A DNA stretch of 64,000 nucleotides from an uncultured Patescibacteria group bacterium (GTDB taxonomy: Bacteria; Patescibacteriota; Microgenomatia; UBA10105; UBA927). The DNA lies in the NCBI GenBank assembly GCA_937921305.1, contig CAKZSU010000004.1, positions 22,316-86,315 of the forward strand. Reading direction: 5' to 3'. The position numbers and the translations under genes are program-made. The notes below the pieces were generated by a model that was not told the origin of the DNA, did no database searches, and was given only the letters and a program-made list of their open reading frames with translations. Below, piece by piece: positions 57,715 to 64,000 of the stretch. Position 1 is the stretch's first letter, and the number at the start of each line of letters is the position of its first letter.

Positions 57715-60700
57715 ATGGATAAAAAAGGACATTTTTCGCATATCATTGATTTTTCTGGTTTACAGATCAGCGTTGCTTCTTCGGAAGATATTTTGTCATG
57801 GTCGTATGGAGAGGTAACAAAACCAGAAACCATTAATTACCGAACGCTTAAACCGGAAAAAGACGGATTGTTTGACGAACGTATTTTTGGTCCAACAAAA
57901 GATTGGGAATGTTATTGCGGAAAATATAAACGCATTCGATATCGTGGCGTGGTCTGCGACAAGTGCGGCGTTGAAGTAACGCAGAGCAAAGTTCGTCGAG
58001 AACGGATGGGCCATATTACGCTTGCGTCGCCTGTCGCGCATGTGTGGTTTTTCAAAGGCGCGCCGTCAAAGCTTTCGTTGCTTCTTGATATGAGCCCAAG
58101 AGCATTGGAAGGCGTCATTTATTTCGCTCAATATCTTGTTTTATCGGTTGATGAAGAAAAGAGAGAGATAATTTTGAATCGTTTGCAGAATATCGAAGCA
58201 GATCGTTTTGTTGATGTTGACCAACGATTGAATGAAGAAAAAGAAAAGAAACATGCGCAATTTGAAGAAGAGAGAGAAAGAATTAAAGAAAAAATCGTTG
58301 CGAAAGAAGCGAGGGATCTTGCGTTTGCCGAACTTGAGTTAAAAGAGCGTCAAGAGATGAGCGCGCTTGAATTTCGATTTAATGAAGAGAAAAAGAAAAT
58401 TCAAGAAATACGCGATTGGCTTATCAATACAGTCAGATCATTAAAGCGACTTTCTACGTTGACAGAAGACGAATATTTGCGATTGTTTGAGTACGACGCA
58501 GTTGATTGTTTTGAAGTAAGAATGGGAGCGGAAGCAATTATTGAGGTTTTGAAGGCAATTGATCTTGCAAAACTTGCCGCCGATCTTCGAGAAGAGATAG
58601 CGGGTGCCACAGGGCAACGACATGTGAAAGCAACAAAACGTCTTCGTGTGGTTGATGGCATGAGAAAAGCGAATATTGATCCAACATGGTTGATTTTGAA
58701 ACATCTCCCTGTTATTCCTCCGGATCTTCGTCCAATGGTGCAATTGTCAGGCGGTCGTTTTGCGACAAGCGATTTAAATGATTTGTATCGACGCGTGATT
58801 AATAGAAATAATCGATTAAAGCATCTTATTCAATTAGGAGCGCCTGAGATTATTCTTCGCAATGAAAAACGCATGTTGCAAGAAGCGGTGGATAGCTTGA
58901 TTGACGCGACACAGCGTCCATCATCAAGAGTGGTTATTCAACCATTAAAATCTCTTTCCGACATGCTTCGAGGAAAACAAGGAAGATTTCGTCAAAATCT
59001 TTTAGGAAAACGCGTTGATTATTCCGGAAGATCTGTTATCATTGTTGGACCAGAGCTTTCATTGAATCAATGCGGTATTCCAAAAGAAATGGCGCTTGAA
59101 ATGTTTAAGCCGTTCGTTCTCCGAGAGTTGATTATTCGAGGCATTGCGCCAAATGTGAAAAACGCGAAAAATGTGTTGGAGCGACGAACGCCTGAAGTTT
59201 TCGATATTCTTGAAGAAATCACTAAACATCATCCTGTATTGCTAAACCGTGCGCCTACTCTTCATAAGTTGGGAATTCAAGCGTTTTATCCAATTTTGAT
59301 TGAAGGATCTGCTATACGAATTCATCCCTGTGTTTGCGCTGGATATAACGCGGATTTTGACGGCGATCAAATGGCTATTCACATTCCATTGTCAAAAAAA
59401 AGCCAAGAAGAAGCGAAAGAATTGATGCTTCCCACACATAATTTGCTCAAGCCAGCCGATGGATCGCCTATTACTGTTCCAAATAAAGAAATGGTGCTTG
59501 GATGTTATTACTTAACGACCATTGATGTCCAATGTGAAGACGAGAAAGAAGAAGAGTTGGCGATGTACGCAAGCAAAGAAGAAGCAATATATGCCTATCA
59601 AACAGGAAAACTTGGACTCCGCGTTCCGATTCGCGTTCGCTTTCCTTCTGGAATAATGACGACAACCGTAGGAAGAATGTTGTTCAATGAAGCGTTGCCA
59701 GAGGGGTTGCAGTATGTCAATGCGCCAGTAAAAGCAGCGATAGTGAAGTCGTTAATTACGAAGGCTCTTGCACAGTATCCTAAAGAAGAGGTTGTTAAGC
59801 TCATCGATAAAATAAAAGATATTGGATTTATGGGCGCGACGATTTGCGGAGGGCTTTCTGTATCTGTGTTTGATTGTGAAATGATTGAGGAGAAAGAAGA
59901 AATGGTGAAAGAAGCGGAGAGACGTGTTGCAGAAATTGATCAAAACTATCAAATGGGACTTATTACATTAGAAGAGAAGAAGCGACTTTCGAATGATGTA
60001 TGGATTGATGTTACCGAACGAATTGCCGACAAAACATGGGAAAGATTAGTGCCGAATAGTCCAGTGAAAATGATTATTGATTCTGGTGGAGCAAGAGCGT
60101 CAAAAGATCAATTAAAGCAATTATCGGCGATTAAAGGACTAGTGGTTGATCCATTAGGAAAAATTGTTGAATTGCCAACAAAGAGTAATTATCGAGAAGG
60201 GCTTTCTATTTTTGAATATGTGACAAGCACAAGAGGATCTCGAAAAGGATTAACAGATTCAGCGTTGAAAACCGCGGATGCCGGCTACCTCACGCGACGA
60301 TTATGTGATGTTGCGCACGACGCAATTATTCGCACGGAAGATTGCGGGTCAAAAGAGGGGTTGGAAATAACAAGAGATGAAAGCAGAACAGCGTCATTTG
60401 CATCTCGAATTGTTGGGCGGTATCTTGCGTCAGATGTAAAAACAGCGGATGGAGAGGTTCTTTTGTCGGCGGGATCATTAGTGCTCGAAGAACACATGGA
60501 GATACTGGATGCCCATAACATTCGCTCTGTTGTTGTTCGATCCCCAATGACGTGTCAAGCAAAAATTGGGTTATGTGTGAAATGCTATGGGAGAGATTTT
60601 TCAACCAATACCACAGTTGAATTAGGAACGCCAGTGGGAATTATTGCCGCGCAATCAATCGGCGAACCAGGCACGCAATTAACGATGCGCGTTCGCCACG

Positions 60701-61431
60701 CGGGAGGAATTGTTGGACTTGATGTGACACAGGGGCTTCCTCGCGTAGAAGAATTATTTGAGATGAGGATGCCAAAAGTTGTTTCTCCAATTGCAGAAAT
60801 ATCAGGAGCTGTTGAGGTTGTAGAAGGTGATAATGGATACACTGTGCTAATTCGGAATAAAGAAATGGGGTCCGACGAAGTTAAATATTCGCTTCCAAAA
60901 ACAACAGATCTTTTGGTAAAAGATGGTGACCTTATTGCGGCAGGCGATCAAATAGCTCGAGGAAGTTTAGATGTAAAGGAGATTTTGCGCGTTCGCGGTC
61001 TGCGCGCTGCTCAGCAGTACCTTATTCGCGAGATTCAGCGTGTGTACGAATCTCAGGGAATTACCATTAACGATAAACACTTTGAAGTGATTGTTCGAAA
61101 GATGAGCGATAAAGTTCGGATAGAACAATCTGGAGATACGACGCTTTTGCCCGGGGAATTAGTTGACGCGTCGAAATTTGAAGAAGAAAACGCCCGCGTC
61201 TTGGCAGAAGGAGGAGAGCCAGCAACTGCGCACGTTATTATTCTTGGAATTACTCGAGCATCATTGTTTACTGATTCTTGGTTGTCCGCCGCCTCGTTCC
61301 AAGAAACAACAAATGTATTAACCGATGCCTCGATAGCCGGAAAATTAGATAGATTGCTTGGATTGAAAGAAAACGTTATAATTGGGAGATTAATACCGGT
61401 AACGCCTGAACGAGCAAGAATAAAGGCGTAA
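57715..61431 (+). CDS. rpoC: RNA polymerase beta' subunit
   Basis: CYCGKYK, NADFDGD and [11 protein letters not shown]. Confidence 0.99.
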   Translation: MDKKGHFSHIIDFSGLQISVASSEDILSWSYGEVTKPETINYRTLKPEKDGLFDERIFGPTKDWECYCGKYKRIRYRGVVCDKCGVEVTQSKVRRERMGHITLASPVAHVWFFKGAPSKLSLLLDMSPRALEGVIYFAQYLVLSVDEEKREIILNRLQNIEADRFVDVDQRLNEEKEKKHAQFEEERERIKEKIVAKEARDLAFAELELKERQEMSALEFRFNEEKKKIQEIRDWLINTVRSLKRLSTLTEDEYLRLFEYDAVDCFEVRMGAEAIIEVLKAIDLAKLAADLREEIAGATGQRHVKATKRLRVVDGMRKANIDPTWLILKHLPVIPPDLRPMVQLSGGRFATSDLNDLYRRVINRNNRLKHLIQLGAPEIILRNEKRMLQEAVDSLIDATQRPSSRVVIQPLKSLSDMLRGKQGRFRQNLLGKRVDYSGRSVIIVGPELSLNQCGIPKEMALEMFKPFVLRELIIRGIAPNVKNAKNVLERRTPEVFDILEEITKHHPVLLNRAPTLHKLGIQAFYPILIEGSAIRIHPCVCAGYNADFDGDQMAIHIPLSKKSQEEAKELMLPTHNLLKPADGSPITVPNKEMVLGCYYLTTIDVQCEDEKEEELAMYASKEEAIYAYQTGKLGLRVPIRVRFPSGIMTTTVGRMLFNEALPEGLQYVNAPVKAAIVKSLITKALAQYPKEEVVKLIDKIKDIGFMGATICGGLSVSVFDCEMIEEKEEMVKEAERRVAEIDQNYQMGLITLEEKKRLSNDVWIDVTERIADKTWERLVPNSPVKMIIDSGGARASKDQLKQLSAIKGLVVDPLGKIVELPTKSNYREGLSIFEYVTSTRGSRKGLTDSALKTADAGYLTRRLCDVAHDAIIRTEDCGSKEGLEITRDESRTASFASRIVGRYLASDVKTADGEVLLSAGSLVLEEHMEILDAHNIRSVVVRSPMTCQAKIGLCVKCYGRDFSTNTTVELGTPVGIIAAQSIGEPGTQLTMRVRHAGGIVGLDVTQGLPRVEELFEMRMPKVVSPIAEISGAVEVVEGDNGYTVLIRNKEMGSDEVKYSLPKTTDLLVKDGDLIAAGDQIARGSLDVKEILRVRGLRAAQQYLIREIQRVYESQGITINDKHFEVIVRKMSDKVRIEQSGDTTLLPGELVDASKFEEENARVLAEGGEPATAHVIILGITRASLFTDSWLSAASFQETTNVLTDASIAGKLDRLLGLKENVIIGRLIPVTPERARIKA

Positions 61432-61448
61432 TTACAACAGTATTTATT

Positions 61449-61883
61449 ATGCCAACAATCAATCAACTTATCAGAAAAAGTCGAAAAAGAAAAGTCTCAA
61501 AGATTAAAGCAACAGCGCTTCGAAAATTTTTTAACGCAAAATATCGTATTGTGAAAAATCTTCCCGCTCCATTTAAGCGTGGAGTTGTGACATTGGTGAA
61601 AACCATGACGCCCAAAAAACCAAACTCTGCGCTTCGAAAGATTGCCCGTGTTCGTCTCTCTAATAGACAAGAAGTCACGGCGTATATCGGAGGGATAGGA
61701 CATTCGCTAAATGAACACGCGATTGTGTTGGTCCGAGGCGGTCGCGTTCCTGATCTTCCTGGAGTCAAGTATCATATTGTTCGCGGAAAATATGATATGA
61801 CTGGTGTTGAAAATAGAAAGCAAGGAAGAAGCCGCTATGGAACAAAGAAGACGCAAGGACCGCAAGCGGCCAAAGCAAATTAA
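61449..61883 (+). CDS. rpsL: 30S ribosomal protein S12
   Basis: [17 protein letters not shown] and DLPGV. Confidence 0.98.
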   Translation: MPTINQLIRKSRKRKVSKIKATALRKFFNAKYRIVKNLPAPFKRGVVTLVKTMTPKKPNSALRKIARVRLSNRQEVTAYIGGIGHSLNEHAIVLVRGGRVPDLPGVKYHIVRGKYDMTGVENRKQGRSRYGTKKTQGPQAAKAN

Positions 61884-61889
61884 TGATCT

Positions 61890-62363
61890 ATGAGAAGTGG
61901 AAACGTACCAAAACGAATGCTAGAACCAGATCCATTGTATGGTAATCGCTTACTCACACGCTTAATTAATCGCGTTATGAGAAATGGGAAAAAAACTGTT
62001 GCTCAAAAGCAAGTATATCAAGCTCTTGATCTGATCAAAGAAAAAGGAGAAGATCCTATTAAAGTTTTTGAACTTGCTATCTCTACTGTGGGACCAAAAG
62101 TTGAAGTAAAGTCTAGAAGAGTTGGCGGAGCGTCATATCAAGTTCCTATGGAGGTAAAAGGCGATCGTCGCATTTCTCTTGCGATTCGTTGGATTGTGAC
62201 ACTTGCGAGAAAACGATCGAATAGAGAATATCATACGTACGCGGAAAAGCTTGCGGCGGAACTTATGGACGCGGCGAAGGGGCAAGGAGAAGCGATTAAA
62301 AAGCGAGACACTGTCCTTCGCATGGCGGATGCTAATCGAGCGTTCTCTCACTTCCGTTGGTAA
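61890..62363 (+). CDS. rpsG: 30S ribosomal protein S7
   Basis: GKKTVA, RRVGGASYQVP and MADANRAFSH. Confidence 0.98.
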   Translation: MRSGNVPKRMLEPDPLYGNRLLTRLINRVMRNGKKTVAQKQVYQALDLIKEKGEDPIKVFELAISTVGPKVEVKSRRVGGASYQVPMEVKGDRRISLAIRWIVTLARKRSNREYHTYAEKLAAELMDAAKGQGEAIKKRDTVLRMADANRAFSHFRW

Positions 62364-62974
62364 TGGAAGAAGGTATTGTCTGTCACTTCAAAAATATAGA
62401 TCCCTTACTGGCGAATCTTCTTTCTCGCATAAAACCATTTACGATAAAACGATCAGAGAATTTGTTCTTTGCGTTGATTTCTTCGATTGTGTATCAACAA
62501 TTATCAACGAAAGCTGGTGACGCGATTCTTCAACGATTTATTGATCGGTTTGGAGCCGATGTTTCTCCTTTTCAAATTCTTTCTCATAACAAAGAAGTTC
62601 TTCGGAACATTGGAATTTCATGGACAAAGACACATACGATCTACAATCTTTCGCTTCTTGTTCAAGAAGGGGAATTGCGTTTTGAGTTGCTCTGTGAAGC
62701 GACAGACGAAGAGGTTATTCAGCATCTTATTGCTATACGTGGCATAGGTCGATGGACAGCGGAAATGTTTTTAATGTTTGGGCTGGGAAGAAAGGATGTG
62801 TTTTCTTTTCAAGATGTTGGATTACAACGAGCTATTCAGCGGTTGTATAATCTTTCTGAGAGACCGACAAAATCTGATATGGAGCGAATAAGTTCGATAT
62901 GGAAACCGTACAGAACATACGCGGCGTACATTCTTTGGAGAAGTTTGTCGCTGGATGAAAAATTATTGCGATAA
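62363..62974 (+). CDS. DNA-3-methyladenine glycosylase II (AlkA/HhH-GPD family)
   Basis: IVYQQLS, GIGRWTAEM, DVGL and WKPYRT motifs. Confidence 0.9.
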   Translation: MEEGIVCHFKNIDPLLANLLSRIKPFTIKRSENLFFALISSIVYQQLSTKAGDAILQRFIDRFGADVSPFQILSHNKEVLRNIGISWTKTHTIYNLSLLVQEGELRFELLCEATDEEVIQHLIAIRGIGRWTAEMFLMFGLGRKDVFSFQDVGLQRAIQRLYNLSERPTKSDMERISSIWKPYRTYAAYILWRSLSLDEKLLR

Positions 62975-63421
62975 CGCCGCGAGAAGTTGTTTGCACCACT
63001 CTTCGATCAATTCCGTATTTTCAGCTTGTTGATAGTAGAATTTATCGATTCGAAGAGATGGGATAATCTGCGATCCATTCCACTGTTTTACCCATTCTTC
63101 CATAACATCCACCGAGCCAGTAAAAATTTTATAGGAAGAATCTCCGAGTCCGAAGATGGCAACCTTTTTGCCTTCAAGCGTTTTGCCTTCCATTTTTCTT
63201 TTGAATTCCCAAAAATCATCATGTGGTTGTCCTTCTTTTCCATCATAATCCCAACTTGGAGACCCAAGGATAATGACATCGTATGAAGAGAGTTCGTTTG
63301 GTTCGGTATCTATGATGCGTTTGACATTGACCGTATGTTTTGAGGAGAGATGGTCGGCGATCATTTGCGATGCCATTTCCGTTCCTCCGGAATTTGTTGC
63401 GTAGAAAATACCTATATTCAT
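62963..63421 (-). CDS. Flavodoxin
   Basis: YATNSGGTE, GSPSW and FGLGDSSY; promoter TTGACA-17-CATGAT just upstream. Confidence 0.9.
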   Translation of the reverse strand: MNIGIFYATNSGGTEMASQMIADHLSSKHTVNVKRIIDTEPNELSSYDVIILGSPSWDYDGKEGQPHDDFWEFKRKMEGKTLEGKKVAIFGLGDSSYKIFTGSVDVMEEWVKQWNGSQIIPSLRIDKFYYQQAENTELIEEWCKQLLAALSQ

Positions 63422-63504
63422 AGTAGGTGTATCATGATCTAAATTATTCTTCTTGTCAAGCATTCCGTAATGCGATAGTGTAGATAGTAAGAAGGAGGAC
63501 ACGT

Positions 63505-63792
63505 ATGAAGAAAAAAACTGCCCGATCGTCAAAAGCGGTATCGGTAAAAAAAACAAAAATTGTTTCCGTTCCGTCAAAAGATGTTTCACTGCTTGCAAAT
63601 GAAGAAATTCGAAGCTTTTTTGTCCATCTTATTCTTTATTTATTGGGAAATGTAGGCCTCTTTGTTTACTTATACAGCACAAATGGAAATCTTACAATAT
63701 TTTATTGGGTAGTAATTGGGTGGGGAGTTGGCGTGGTTGCTCATGCGATGGCGGTGTTTGGTGTGATGAAATTTTTAGCGAAAGAATGGTAA
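63505..63792 (+). CDS. 2TM-domain small membrane protein
   Basis: F..HL..Y...N and W...GWGVG..H pattern; AGGAGG ribosome binding site. Confidence 0.75.
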   Translation: MKKKTARSSKAVSVKKTKIVSVPSKDVSLLANEEIRSFFVHLILYLLGNVGLFVYLYSTNGNLTIFYWVVIGWGVGVVAHAMAVFGVMKFLAKEW

Positions 63793-63802
63793 AATACATA
63801 GT

Positions 63803-64000
63803 ATGTCGATGACCATTCAGTGTCCTCATTGTGGCGCGGCGTTGGAGATAACAGAAGCGTTGCTCTCTCAAGTTCGTTCTCATATTCTTTCCGATTTGAA
63901 AAAACAACAGAAAGAACAGCTTGAATTGGAGCGAAAGAAATTGGAAGAAGAGCTTCAAAAGCGATGGGAAGAAAAAACATCCCTGGAATTTCAAGATTTA
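63803..64000 (+). CDS. DUF2130-like protein (N-terminal part; runs off the window)
   Basis: Manual translation MSMTIQCPHCGAALEITEALLSQ... followed by a coiled coil; open to the window end. Confidence 0.7.
   Translation, partial: MSMTIQCPHCGAALEITEALLSQVRSHILSDLKKQQKEQLELERKKLEEELQKRWEEKTSLEFQDL

Noticed and set aside
1-64000. CRISPR array, tRNA/rRNA genes, IS elements or integrase
   Set aside because: I saw no spaced direct repeats, cloverleaf or T-arm signatures, or transposase motifs by eye; intergenic gaps are mostly too short. A tRNAscan/Infernal run would be decisive.
1-64000. Alternative genetic code (UGA=Gly as in Gracilibacteria/Absconditabacteria)
   Set aside because: Conserved genes are full-length under code 11, and TGA ends hrcA, nusA and rnj at the expected positions.

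Overview
Core-genome segment of an AT-rich bacterium using the standard genetic code. Gene content and reduced protein architectures point to Patescibacteria/CPR, probably Microgenomates (inference: short IF2/HrcA/NusA, AlaRS without C-Ala, cohesin/PEGA/Ig surface proteins with P/T-rich linkers, FemABX pair, sortase). From left to right: a polyprenyl-sugar/cell-surface glycosylation cluster (uppP, UbiA-family, WecA/MraY-like, GT-C, GT2); tatD, metG, rmuC, rmlC; a UvrD helicase fused to an Fe-S PD-(D/E)XK nuclease, two FemABX proteins and pcrA; rpsT-pilN-pilO with surface proteins, murJ and a GH39; a CIRCE-controlled hrcA-grpE-dnaK-dnaJ operon; nusA-infB-DHH-rpsO-pnp-protease-less Lon ATPase-rnj; typA, ftsK, rodZ-like, alaS; a decayed AT-rich gene; a baseplate-J-like membrane protein-sortase-mltG-nuclease run; and rpoB-rpoC-rpsL-rpsG-alkA. 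I saw no rRNA, tRNA, CRISPR array or transposase. Best leads: (1) a sortase with two IPxTG substrates and Fem bridge enzymes; (2) a protease-less Lon AAA+ inside an RNA-decay cluster; (3) the baseplate-J-like envelope protein; (4) widespread leaderless promoters, with hairpin+U leaders on nusA, typA and rpoB; (5) RpoB and S12 antibiotic-site substitutions. All family assignments are from motif recognition by eye; no database search was run.
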